The notes below the pieces were generated by a model, which searched no databases, was not told the DNA's origin, and was given only the letters and a program-made list of their open reading frames with translations. This document shows positions 1 to 12,629 of a stretch of 41,569 bases of DNA, piece after piece (position 1 is the stretch's first letter; each line of letters opens with the position of its first letter). This DNA is from Selaginella moellendorffii (lineage: Eukaryota > Plantae > Lycopodiophyta), in NCBI RefSeq assembly GCF_000143415.4, contig NW_003314479.1:1-41569 (forward strand), in the 5' to 3' direction. The position numbers and the translations under genes are program-made.

Positions 1-1229
1 AGATATTATCTCTCTATATTCATGTATATATATTTAAAATTAAGGATTTATAACATTGTTATGAATGGTGAAATTTAATTATAATAAATGAATTTTAATG
101 TTTTACTCTATACTGGGGTAGAGTAGGGTTTGATGATATATAGTCATTTTTTTATGCTAGAATTATAAACTATCAGAAATGTCATGAATGCTATATAGAT
201 AGGTCTAATATAATTAAATTGCAGTTGATTTTCATGTATAAATGCAATGTAGGATTAAGTGTTAGAAAATTTTATGATAATATATAAATCTTAGACTATA
301 TCTTAGCCATTTGACAACTCAATGGGTTTAATTTTTTTATGTTTGTATTAATAAGTACCATAAGATTATTGATAAAAAATTATTTTAGAAAAGATTTATA
401 ATCATAATTTTAATTTTTAACATAATCATAATTATAAAATATATGGTTAAACATAATATAATATTTATATTAAAAATTCCTTTTGCAATTGACTCTATCA
501 CCAACACACATTGTAACATAATAAGTAAAACTCATAAGATTGTATCTTTGATCTTCTATAAGTGGAATTACTCATTATAAGATACTCTTAAGGATAGGTT
601 CAATACAAATGGCTGCACGAGTGAAAATCTAGAAACTTGATATTCTGTGAGAGGAAGAAACTAAAGCTTTAAAAGATCATACATGTATCTAGATGTTCAT
701 GGTGGCAGCGGAAGTGATTATTATTTTGTATTCTGCTCTATATGACTTACCATATCTAGTATGATCTATACCATAGACTCGTAGTTTTAGAAAAAAAAAT
801 AGTCTATGTACTAAAACTCAAATTATATTATTAAGATATATGCATATAATAATATTTTTATTACAGTATTAATAATTTTAGTGATAATATTATATTACAG
901 TATTAAAATTGTACATTAGTGACAATCATATCTTTTTAATATTTAAATTATTTATTAATTCACATATTTATATGTAACAAAAGTTATATTTATTAAATCT
1001 ATTCTGTAGCAATTTTGGCAATACTTAGTAAATTTAAACAATTTGTAACTAATTACATTATTACAAACTGTTTTAATCATTCATCAACTTCTACACAACA
1101 TTAGGTTTGAAAGCTCCAACTTGGCTTATACTCAGCAACCTGATACCACACACAACAAATTATAAAACAATTGTAGAAAGAAATAAAATATAGTTTTTGT
1201 TTTCTCGCACATTCTTCATTTAAGTGTCG

Positions 1230-2400
1230 AGTCCAACTATAATTTTTTGGTATCTCTGTAGCATTCAAGCTTGCAACGAATCTTCAGATTGTACATTTTT
1301 TATCAAATAGAGTCCATTACAGTAAAAAAAACAGTATAATCATCATCTTGTAGTGCAGCCAGCTTACATGCAGGCATCTCTACAATTTCATTAGCATCAT
1401 CAAATGCAACCGCCTATATATGTCCAGTGCTGTCGGGAATACACAAGTGTAGTGCATATTTGAAGTGAATATCTCCAGAATCAGTGTCACAAGTGCATTG
1501 CCACATACTTTCCGAAACCTGAGTAACCTTCTTGCCACATTGGCTTCCATTGACAACCTTCACGCANNNNNNNNNNNNNNNNNNNNNNNNNNNNNNNNNN
1601 NNNNNNNNNNNNNNNNNNNNNNNNNNNNNNNNNNNNNNNNNNNNNNNNNNNNNNNNNNNNNNNNNNNNNNNNNNNNNNNNNNNNNNNNNNNNNNNNNNNN
1701 NNNNNNNNNNNNNNNNNNNNNNNNNNNATATGGTTGTGTTGTAGCTAGCAACCATCCATTCACACAGCCGTGAGACATCTTCTAATTCAGGATCAACTAA
1801 AAGGTTAGAGCCACCTGTGACTGAAATGGACTTGCCATTGTAATCTGAAATCCAGCTGCCCTTCACGCATACGATAGGCCTCTCCCCTCGTCCAGGTTTC
1901 TCCTCTATTTCTGAACCTTCATCTTCAGCCTTTGAATCCCACAGACACATGTCTATACTGTGGCCCGATTCATCACTCAAAGAATTCTCATGAATGCTCC
2001 AGAATCCTTAGGAAAAATTTTTGTCCAATCCACATACCACCCCCAATCACATCTACAAATGTCTCTTGGCCGAGCTTAGAAGCATCTAAAACACTCGTTC
2101 TATTAAGAACAACCTTTGGAATATGTAGATCGTCCTCTACACACTTGATCCATAGTCTTGCTTGCTTTTATCTCCCAATTTGATTTATATGGTGTATATG
2201 CTGGTTTAGAGCACTGTACACCACTGTTCCATGAAAATATATAGACACTGCCTTGCTCAATCTTGCTTGAAAGATGCTTTGCATTCTCGCCAAACCCAGC
2301 AATACGTATTTTGGAACTTTATGCATCGGCAACATCAAATGACATAACACACCCAGCTGTGCCTGTTTCAAAGAATACAAATTTCCCTTTGTGTGTCACC
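1230..2400 (-). pseudogene. RPA1: Helitron-type RPA70-like ssDNA-binding protein, degraded
   Basis: DBD-A-like SFDVADA*SSKIRIAGFGE..GSVYIFS..FVDVIG; DBD-B-like DESGHSIDMCLWD..VKGSWISDYNGKSIS..LLVDPE; DBD-C Zn ribbon C..CGKKV..WQCTC..YALHLCIPDSTGH..YNLKIRCKLECY. Has stops, frameshifts and an N gap. Confidence 0.85.
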
Positions 2401-3229
2401 TTGGCATGAAAAGACCATTGGCAGTGGCTGCTAATGTCCTTAGTTGGCATCTCAGCTTCTTAGAACTCTGTCCCTTAACATGAAACAGAGAAAAANNNNN
2501 NNNNNNNNNNNNNNNNNNNNNNNNNNNNNNNNNNNNNNNNNNNNNNNNNNNNNNNNNNNNNNNNNNNNNNNNNNNNNNNNNNNNNNNNNNNNNNNTACAT
2601 ACATATGTAATGTAATTAGTTAAAACAATTTAACTAAATAACTATTTGTAATGTATTTAGACAAAACTAACATTAGTAGTCGTAGTGCTTTATATTTGTG
2701 TTTATTTTTTATAAAAGAAATATCAGAAGAAAAATCTGGGAGTGTCATATATATTTCAGTTGTTGGCTTTTTGTTTATATTGTTTCTTTATATTAACAAA
2801 GAATTATTCAAGCATGAGATTTCATGGTTATGTTAAAAGTTTTCACAGTGAAAGTGTGGGAAAGCTTACTCGATTGTAAGAAGAAGTTCAGCCTTTTCTA
2901 TATCATGATTTTTAAATACATATTGTGTAATTACATTAACCTTGAAGGATATGCACTTTGGTGTTCATTGAATCACCAATGAAAGGCACATCGAGTTGTA
3001 AACATCTATCACTTTGGCTTTAGTTCCGTCATCTTGGACCGTTGATACAACTTTGCAATCTCTAGAGACAGACCAGATATTCTTTTGGCTGCTTACTGAT
3101 ATTCCAGCAATGGAATCGTTGCCCCCATCAATGAAAGTTCCCATGTAAGTCAATGCTCGAAGTGCCTAAGAAAATATGCCTCAAGATAAATAAATCACAA
3201 ACTTTAATGAGCATATCACCTCAAGTGCC

Positions 3230-4330
3230 GGGTTCTTTCAAATATTCCCCATGTTTCCGTTGAAAGATCCAGTGCATTGTTCTAGACTCTGACCAATTCT
3301 GCATAAGAGCTTCACATGCTTCAACATCAGAAATCAAAGAGTAAAGGCACAGATGTAAAGGCAAAGGTTTATTTTTTTGAAGGAATGTCAAAGTTTCTAG
3401 AATGCAAGAACTTGTTGATTACACTTTGAAAGTGAGGTAAGCTTTTCTCTTTCTGGTGCAAATGCTAGCACATCTTTGGACTCACTGATTAAGAATGTAT
3501 AGTTACTTGGAACGTGCCTTGTCCAAGGTGAAGCTGGGCCTTTAGCGTGATGTGTTCCTTTATAGGTCCTGCATATGTACATATTTACATATTGCTTCAT
3601 CTTTAGAAGTTTGTTGCAATCTTGATCCACAGCATGATGAACAAACTGTGTATATAAAAACTGGACAGAGCTTATCTACTTCAAAGTATCCAGGTATCTG
3701 CAAAACAACATGTATTTAATATGGGCTTGTTTCATTTCCTTTTGCACTTACCCCTATGCATTCCCTTGCAATATTCTGAAAAACAGTGTCAAGGAACTAT
3801 TTTGGCATCATCTATTATACATAAAACAATGCTCATGCCTGTGACATTTGCTCTCTGAAATAACCATCTCCTTGTAAATTAATGAAACATCTTGTTGGTG
3901 GAGTTCCAGAAAAAAATTCATTCATCAACTTTTTGAATAATTCCATCATGTTGCCATGGAATTTGAGCTGTCATCATATAGATTATTGTCAGGACTCCAC
4001 ATGCTATATTGAACTTACTATTATCATATCAGAGTTGTTGATGTTATCTATTATTGTGAGTTGACCACTATTATAGCCTATATCATTGATGCTCACTACA
4101 ACACCTTCAACAGAACCTATAGAGTCTCGGCCTCTATATGACTCCATAAAGTTTGCAATGCTGACAGTTGGTACAGACAGACGAAGTTGTGGCACTATAA
4201 GCTATTACCTAAACGCTTATGTGTTCTTCTTAGTATAAGAGATGCTCATCATTGTGGTGGGTCAATAAAAAGAGATATGCCAGATGCACTGGGCCTGGGT
4301 TGGAACTCAAGTCATCATGTTGTTTCGCAT
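3230..4330 (-). pseudogene. Second degenerate OB-fold/Zn-ribbon (RPA-like) ORF
   Basis: OB-like SIANFMES..SVEGVVVSIND, and an exon after an AG acceptor near 3697 reading FIYTVCSSCCGSRLQQTSKDEAICK, resembling the RPA DBD-C Zn motif. Heavily decayed. Confidence 0.4.
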
Positions 4331-4480
4331 TTCTCTAGCATGACTCCACATTCAAATATATATAACCACAGATACCACCTACTCAAAAATAAACTGGACA
4401 TAACCACAAAGGAAGTGCATAGAAAGAAAAATAGGCAGCTAGCCCTTCCCACTCTTTCATGCACTGTGCTCCATGCACAG

Positions 4481-5180
4481 TGTGCGAGTGGAATCCCGAA
4501 TGGGACAGCCTTTCGCCTGATGAGCAGGCCAGGCTCAAGGCTCAGCAGGGCGTAAAATACGTTTGCCTCGACAGCTTACAGGTGCTCAACTCCGAAACTC
4601 TGGAACCGGTTGCCAAGGACGGTGTCACCATTGGTGAAGTTTGCATGCGTGGGAACATGGTGTTCAAGGGGTACTTGAACAATCCAGAGGCAACGCTGGA
4701 GAGTTTTAGAGGAGGATGATTCCACTCCGGGGACTTGGCAATTTGGCATCCCGATGGATACATCAAGATCAAGGATCGAGCCAAGGATATTATCATTTCT
4801 GGAGGGGAGAACATTAGCAGCCTGGAAGTGGAGAGCATCTTGTACAGGTAAAAGGAGAGTTTTTTCTTCTTTGTTTCTCGTTAAAGTTTGCTTCTTTTTC
4901 TTCCAGGCATCCAGCAGTGTTGGAAGCTGCTGTGGTGGCGCGGCCAGATGAGCAGTGGGGCGAGTCTCCATGTGCATTTGTGTCCCTCAAGCACGGCGTG
5001 AGAAGCAACAAGGAGGAGATACTCTCGTTCTGTCCACAGCATTTGCCAAAGTTCATGGTGCCAAAGAGCATCGTCATTCTCACGGCCTTGGACAAAACCG
5101 CAACTGGCAAGATCCAAAAACAGGTGCTGCGCAGCAAAGCAAGAGCTCTTGGCAGTGTCAAGAAAATCAGCAAGCTCTAC
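4481..5180 (+). pseudogene. Acyl-activating enzyme (AMP-binding, AAE clade I-like), 3' fragment
   Basis: [51 protein letters not shown]; 59-bp GT-AG intron 4848-4906; HPAVLEAAVVARPDEQWGESPCAFV..KTATGKIQK..SKL. TGG>TGA stop at 4717-4719; 5' part absent. Confidence 0.92.
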
Positions 5181-5215
5181 AAGCCAACTATTGAACTTGT
5201 AAAGCTTGAAATCGT

Positions 5216-6335
5216 TCATGGCCTGGAAAATCCCCAGTCTAGCTTGGCAATTTTAAACCGGTCAGCTACTGTTCCGTCTGTTGTAATGTACTGGAATGAG
5301 AAATAAATAAATAACATGCAAGAACCAAGAACGCAATTCATCTACCTCAAACAGTAGCTTTGTCTTATCAGCTGTCATATCCAAATGCCGACCTTCAAAT
5401 CAAGCTCCATGAACTAAACTGTCGACAAAAAAAGAAAAGAAAAGGTAGAATATCAATACCATATAAAGAGCTTCAATATAGGAAACAAAGCTGCAAGCTT
5501 ACATTACGAGGGAAGTCATCCAGGCTGAATTCGGCCATGCCAACCACGGCGTGAACTGGAGCTGAGTAAATTCTAATGTCAAAGAAATCAACGCCCACTA
5601 AATCCTTGATCACGTGCTGCAGGCAGTGGCCCTGAAACACAGCACAAGTTCGCTCATAGTTGTGAACATGCCCCCACACTGCTAAATCAACCTGTGCAAA
5701 AAAAAAAGAAAAAAGACAGTTTCATTCTAGTTTTCCCTTTGAAGAGCTCGTGTTTTACCTTGTTTCTCAAGAGCAATGGTTCCACAGCTGCTACAAATTT
5801 CGGATCCACACCTGGTAAAGTTTAGAAATAATTCCCCACAGTTGAGTGGAGTACATAGGTCGATGACTGAAAGAAAAATAGCACACATGAGTTTACAGAA
5901 TGAAAATGTGGATAAAAACAATTACCCTGTGAAAACTATCCATGGTGTACTGAATCTGTTGACAGATTCAAGGTCAGATTTCATCTAAGCGTACTGTAGA
6001 AGAAGGTTTTGTTGAAGTAAAGATGAAAAGAATAAGAATGCATACTTGTTCCCTGGTCAAGCTCCAGTCGTGTTCTGTAGAGATGACTGTGAAATGCACG
6101 GGGCTGATAGCCATCGAGTACCATATGTCTTGGACAGGCATCCGAAAATAAGTTCGATATGGGACTCCACACTTGCCACCTGAGTCTGGTGTGTTATACA
6201 AAGATCCTGAGTCTGGATAATCTATGAGAACCACACAGATCAATCTACAAGTTTTCGTAAGACTTTGTGAGTACCTCTTGTGGTTTTCAATGGCTGTCAT
6301 GTACACAGTCTTTGATGCTACTGGAACAGTGACAG
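5216..6335 (-). pseudogene. Purple acid phosphatase (NPP/PPD-type), 3' multi-exon fragment
   Basis: YMTAIENHKR (GNHER-like), PDSGGKCGVPY, VHFTVISTEHDW, TPWIVFTGHRPMYS, VDLAVWGHVHNYERTC, split by short introns; in-frame stops and frameshifts. Confidence 0.9.
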
Positions 6336-9300
6336 AGAAATGGAGGCAAGACCTGACAGCTACGTTGTGGATAGATTTGTAAAAGAGAAAGCAAGCCATA
6401 CACTTTCAGCCAGCATAGCAGAACACGTAAACCAACCTTATCAAAGATGGGGCACCATGCACGCAGCACTGTACACAGCACCATTTTCTTACCAGAAGAA
6501 AATATAATTCTGAAGTACACTGAAAGAGAATTCTGCACATAATCCCACACACAGGGAAAGCAGGAGAGAGGGAGAACCTTGCAGTAACCCATAGATTTGC
6601 CTGCTCTTTGCATAGCACCCTGTGGTTCTCCTCGCTCTCGTTCACCCTAAAAGCCACAATTAAAAAATTTCTGATTTGAAAAGTTACGACCTTTTGTAAT
6701 TATATCTCAGCTGTTAGATCTTGGCATATGCCCAGAATAAGCGTCCCCAGCATATGCTACTCTTTTGTTTAAATATACTAGCAGGGATCCCAGCTCCGCT
6801 GGGAGTAGTAGAGAATATTTTCAATTTGAAAAGATGTATTTGTAACTATAATTGTTTAAACTATTTCTTTTTCTTAATTTGTTTTAGCATGTTTATTTTT
6901 ATAGGTTGCTACCAAGGCTTACAGCTTTGATTCCAATCTGTGTATTATACAGCTTTACCAGGTTTGCAATTCCTTCATGCCTTTTTTAGTCATTTCTTTA
7001 CTGCACTAACTGGTTTTTCTCATGACAAGTTTGAGCCACAAAATCACAGATATCATGCAGTGATGGTGGTAGTGACAGTTTAGTGACCCTTCTATGAAAG
7101 TTCTTAAGCACAATTCTTAGGAATGGAGCTCTACCTCAGCTTCACAGAAATTGCTTAATGAAAAAGCAGCACTATAAAAAAAAAATTATAAACTAAACAA
7201 TGAAGAATCTGAGTAAGCATGTCAAGGAAAAGAAAAAGTACACATACCTTGAGTGGTCATTAGGGAGAGAGCAATAGGAGTGGCATGAAACTGGATTGAT
7301 GCTGTGTAGCATTTAAAAAGCTGCAAAACAGAGGTGAGGCACCAAACACCAAGAAAATGAAAAAAAAAATGAAAAAATGATCATAAGAATCATAGAACAC
7401 AAGCAAGGTAAGCCAGAAACTTGCTTAGAAATCTCAGCCGGCCTAAACAACAAAGTTTCTTACCTTGTTACTACTACCAGTTGCTACTGAGACTTACAGC
7501 TTTGATTCTAAGCTGTGCCTTCTGCAGCTTTTGTTTTTTTCTCATGACCACAAACATCATGCAGCGATGGAAGCAGCGACAGGTTGGTGACCCTTGTGCG
7601 GAAATCCACATTTGCAGTTAAGTTCTTAAGTGTTGTGTCATAACTCTCAGGAATGGAGCTCTACCTTGGCTGCATTTAAAACTAAAGAATGATTGAAATC
7701 AGCAAACATAAGGAAGGTAAGCAAATTGTAAGTTGTAAATGATGTACCTGCAGACAAATCTTGCAGATGGTGTCCTCTTTTTAGTTGCACCAGTGCTGCA
7801 CACACTTTTGATGAGCATACTACCAAACACAAAAGAGAGAAAAATAAATGAGGAAGAGCCAGAATTGCTTAGAACTCTCAGACAACTCAAGGAACCAAGT
7901 CCCTACCTTCAACCTGCTGCAACAAGAGCATGGGATTTCAGGATTCCCAGCCTCATCTTTCTCCTGCCCACCACCATCACAAGGATCACTCCATAAAGCC
8001 TCCATCAATAAAATCCCAGCAGGGCAAAAATAGAATCTACTGAACATGAAAAAACAGGTTTTGAGCTTGTTCCATTCTTATAGAAATGGGACTCGCCCAA
8101 CCAGTGCTGAGTCTCTCAATGTCCGTGTGTGGAGAGCAAAGAACACAACCTAAGCACATCTTTGATTTCATGGCAGCCAGGAGCCTTGTGCCATGGAACT
8201 TACAGCTGGGTAGGAGAAGGAGAACTCTGACTTGAGAAAGTTTGCCATGGTCAGCAAGGGATGAGGAATTCTCACAGTCGACTTGGATGCATAACTCCAT
8301 GCAATATCAACAACATCGAGCGAGCATGACAAGGAAATTTTGTAAGTTGATCGAATAAATTCTGTATTGATAAAAAAATCAAAAAATTTAGTGCGGATGA
8401 CATTACCTGCTGACAAATCTCACAAATGGTGTTCCCTTATCCTTATTCTTAGTGGCTACATTGGGAACCAGGAACTATTCCAAGCTGCAGTGCTCCTGGT
8501 CTCATGGAATAAAAAACGTTCTGGTTTCTATTGAGCCCATCCTGTGTGAATCAAGCAGCTAGAGCTCCAGAAGATTCTTCAAGTTGTACAATTTGAATGA
8601 ACTTGAACTTGTACTGAAGTTTTATACATAGAGCAAGATGCACACTTCACAGGTATAATGCCTTGCTTGCTGTGTCCTTAGTGTGCTACATCGCGACTTT
8701 TTTTGTCTTGGGATATCTGTGAANNNNNNNNNNNNNNNNNNNNNNNNNNNNNNNNNNNNNNNNNNNNNNNNNNNNNNNNNNNNNNNNNNNNNNNNNNNNN
8801 NNNNNNNNNNNNNNNNNNNNNNNTCTTATGATACTTATTATACACTCATAAATGAATATAATCGCATTGAGTTTTTCGTTACCTCAGATATAGTCTAAGA
8901 TTTGTGTAATATGATAAAGTGATAATACTGTTTTTAAGACTAATAATTTATAAATTGATAAATAACTATAATCACATACAGGTAAAAATATGATTGAGCG
9001 TCATTAGACACAATACAAAAGGCTACAATCTAAGAAAATGTCATTTCAGGAAAAAAAATAATTACACATCATCAATACCCTAATATCAGAGTAAAACCTT
9101 ACCTTTCACCGAAAAATATTAGCCTCAATAACATTGTTATAATGCCATAAATTTAAATAAAAATCAATGAAACATAAAGATAATAATCTTAATTTATATA
9201 AGCATTTTCTCTATATAAAAAGATATACAGAAACAATGTTAATGATATGTAATAGACTACTTCAACTTTTAATAAGTACTAATCTCCATAACAATATTTA

Positions 9301-9545
9301 TAATTTTTAAAATCATAAAATATAAGTAGTTTAAGTGATTTTAAAATCTATATTTCTTATCATTATTATATTTTAATATACTTAAAGTACCACTTTAATA
9401 TAAAATATAAAATATAAAAAATATATTTAAAAAGCTAATATTTTTTAAAAATTTAGATGTAGCAGATAAATAATAATATTTTTATATTTTGTCTATGGTA
9501 CTATATTTAATATAGTATAATAACATTATCAAACCCAGGAGCGAT

Positions 9546-10385
9546 GAAAATTAGTGACTAAAGTCTCAGCTATGCTAGGAGCATCGTGTTTATTCCTGAT
9601 GTTTTAGTAATTTCTAAGAGTTCTAATCATAATTGTAATTTTTAACATATTCATAATGATAACATACATAGTTAAACATATATAATCTTTATATTAAAAA
9701 TCCCTTCTACAATTGACTCTATCACTAATACAAAACACGATGTTCAAATCATGCTCAAGGCTCAGCAGGGCATGAAATACATTTGCCTGGACAGCTTACA
9801 GGTGCTCAACTCCGAAACTCTAGAACCGGTTGCCAAGGACAGTGTCACCTTTGGCGAAGTTTGCATGCATGGGAACATGGTGTTCAAGGGGTACTTGAAC
9901 AATTGTAGAAGAGTTTTCAAGCATGTGATACATATTGCTTGACATATGCAACACTTCATATTCAAGTATCATGCTAACATCGCCTACACTTCATATGCCG
10001 TATGGAATTTTATATTAAAATTGATATGGTTAGTAATGCATCATACATAATGAATCATAATTATTTTATCTGTATCTTGTATAATTAGTGTGAATCACTA
10101 ACACCATACAATAGAAAATACAATAGAAGACTTCACTCAACAATCAGAATTTTAAATGTGATATAATGTTATGAGTTATATTTATTATGTTATGATGTGT
10201 GTTGGTGATAGAGTGAATTGTAGAAGGGATTTTTAATATAAAGATTATATTATGTTTAACTATGTATGTTATCATTATGATTATGTTAAAAATTACAATT
10301 GCTATTACAACTCTTTGAAGTTACTAAAATATTAGGAATAAACACGATGCTCCCAGCATAGTTGGGACTTTAATCACTAATTTTC
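9546..10385. repeat. About 185-bp imperfect inverted repeat (9546-9732 / 10197-10385) of Helitron 3'-subterminal sequence
   Basis: The arms are reverse complements (gaaaattagtgactaaagtctcagctatgctaggagcatcgtgtttattcc.. vs ..ggaataaacacgatgctcccagcatagttgggactttaatcactaattttc) and are homologous to 19008-19160. Confidence 0.9.
9753..9903 (+). pseudogene. 151-bp second copy of the AAE exon segment
   Basis: Colinear with 4533-4683; 9 mismatches by my count, mostly transitions. Confidence 0.9.
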
Positions 10386-10399
10386 TTGGTATTGATTGG

Positions 10400-11299
10400 T
10401 ATGTACTTATACAATTAGAATTCTAGATTAGTGGATTCACAGTGATGTGAATGTATATAATCCAGGATATATACATTATCCTCGATCTAACATCTAAGTA
10501 TCCGAATTATATAATTGGTTATATAATTTTATATGATCAATATAATCAATATAATTCATTTATGCAATTAATATGTAATGCAATATATAAAACTTTTCAA
10601 GCATGAGATTTCATAGGTGGTTATGTTAAAAGTCTTGAATGTCAAAGTGTGGGAAAGCTTACTCGATTGTAAAAAGTTCAGCCTTTTCTATATCATGATT
10701 TTAAATACATATTCTGTAATTACATTAACCTTGAAGAATATGCCACTCTCAACTATTTTTTTCCCATGTGTCTTCATCTCCACTATTAAGCTTAAAAAGA
10801 ATCTCAATTGAATATGTTGCCCTTGCTCTTTTAAATATAGAAGGATAGATATGTACTTATACAATTAGAATTCTAGATTAGTGGATTCACAGTGATGTGG
10901 ATGTATATAATCCAGGATATATACATTATCCTGGATCTAACATCTAAGTAGCCAAATTATATAATTGGTTATATAATTTTATATGATCAATATAATCAAT
11001 ATAATTCATTTATGCAATCAATATATAATGCAATATATAGAAATATTCAAGCATGAGATTTCATAGGTGGTTATGTTAAAAGTTTTGAATGTGAAAGTGT
11101 GGGAAAGCTTACTTGATTGTAAAAAGTTCAGCCTTTTCTATATCATGATTTTAAATACATATTCTGTAATTACATTAACCTCGAAGGATATGCCACTCTC
11201 AACTATTTTTTTCCCACGTGTCTTCATCTCCACCATTAAGCTTGAAAAGAATCTAGATTGAATATGTTGCCCTTGCTCTTTTAAATATAGAAGGATAGA
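10400..11299 (-). repeat. Tandem duplication 2 x 450 bp, each unit starting at a Helitron 5' end
   Basis: 10400-10849 is near-identical to 10850-11299; both begin on the minus strand with A|TCTATCCTTCTATATTTAAAAGAGCAAGGG. Confidence 0.92.
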
Positions 11300-11789
11300 T
11301 TTCAGCAAGTAGAATAACTTTGGTAGGTGTTAGTTCTGTTTAGATCATCATGCAACGATGCTGTTTCTTATCAATAAGTATTTTTGGTTTTTTTTCTGTT
11401 TTGTTTTCAAGCAAACATAGCAATAGCACAACAGAATAGAGATTCTTGTAAGTGCAGGTCACTCTTTTGAACTGTTTTCTGCCTGCACGTTTCCTTTTGA
11501 ATGTTTTAAGCGTTTTTAGGATTGTGATCTGGAATGACATATAGACTTTTTTGTTTTTTACCTAATGCCTTTACGAGAGAGAGCAAAACACTAAATAAAA
11601 TCAAACACGGAAATCATTTCTATGCCCTGAGTTAATGTACAAATATCATGTACTGAATCAAACCAAGCTCATGGCTTCAAAGTTGTGTCTATAAACACGT
11701 ACATACACAACAGTTTATTTAATGCTGTCTTATTCCTTCAGAAATGGCTTTTTTAAAAACAGTTCATGGCTTTGTCTGTAAGAAAGTAG

Positions 11790-11960
11790 AGTAGGCTGCC
11801 ATGTAGAGATCCAATCCTTGTTCTCCACCACCTCAGCTGCCATGTACTTCGCTGTTGTGATATCTCCAAAAGGTGCTGATCACCACTTTGTCGCGCATGT
11901 TTAGCTTGGAAAGAATGTTGTTGAGCTTGAGATCCTGGTGAACCATGCCTCTCAAATAAA
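11790..11960 (-). pseudogene. Protein kinase catalytic-loop remnant
   Basis: GMVHQDLKLNNIL..(frameshift)FGDITTAKYMAAEV, resembling HRDLK/DFG/APE. Confidence 0.6.
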
Positions 11961-12070
11961 TCTATTTGAAGGTTTTTACCAGCTGCTTGATGATTCTGGC
12001 TGCTTTGTCCTCACCAATCTTCTCACAAATATGCTATATTTTAAAGACCAAATAATTATGGAATAATGCC

Positions 12071-12594
12071 TTAAGAAATGAAGGCAATATTTCCACCAAC
12101 GAATGTAACCACTCGAGGAAAAATGTCCGTGCCCTGTCCAAAAGGAGACTCGGACAACACCACAAAGTCGGCAAACTTTCCTTGCGTCAGCGACCCAACC
12201 AAATCCTCCAATGCAGCTGCATACACAGCCGAGGATGTGTACCTGTGAATCCAAAATCAAGAACTGCATTTCAGTTTTCTCATCTGTTTTCTCTTACCCT
12301 GCCACTGCGTCCCATGCAGAAATCCTTTCCTTGGGAATCCAGGGATGACTCCAGCCCGAAGGTGTTCTCTCCATGGCAGTGCGGATCCCTCCAACTGGAT
12401 TCACTGCTACCACCTTGAGAGAAACCATTCACGTAACGCCAAAGAAAAAGTAATTGACAGGCTTTTACAGGCCAGTCGGATCCTAGAGCAACCACGCTAC
12501 CATTTTCGAGGGACCAGAGGTTATAAGATCCGCGTGAGCGCTTCTCACCAAGTTTCTTCACGGCGTAGTAAGCATCATCTAGAAGTTGCTCTGG
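12071..12594 (-). pseudogene. LAF3: LAF3/YtcJ-like amidohydrolase, last three exons
   Basis: PEQLLDDAYYAVKKLGEKRS..ALGSDWP | VVAVNPVGGIRTAMERTP..WIPKERIS | YTSSAVYAA..GSLTQGKFADFVVLS..FVGG..*; canonical introns; 5' part absent. Confidence 0.85.
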
Positions 12595-12629
12595 CTGTAC
12601 AAAAATATAGGGTTTTGCAATGGAGGCAA

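Larger units (their letters stand above)
1..6777 (-). mobile_element. Non-autonomous Helitron H1 (3' end not seen in window; 5' terminus interrupted after nt 9)
   Basis: The minus strand from 6777 reads TATATTTAAACAAAAGAG.., matching nt 10 onward of the 5' terminus at 27167. 6646-6777 is homologous to 27012-27158. It carries RPA70-like remnants, and AT-rich blocks 1-600 and 2690-3150 are homologous to parts of 19070-20610. Confidence 0.65.

Noticed and set aside
9546-10385. Pack-MULE or MITE
   Set aside because: No target-site duplication and the arms are Helitron subterminal sequence.
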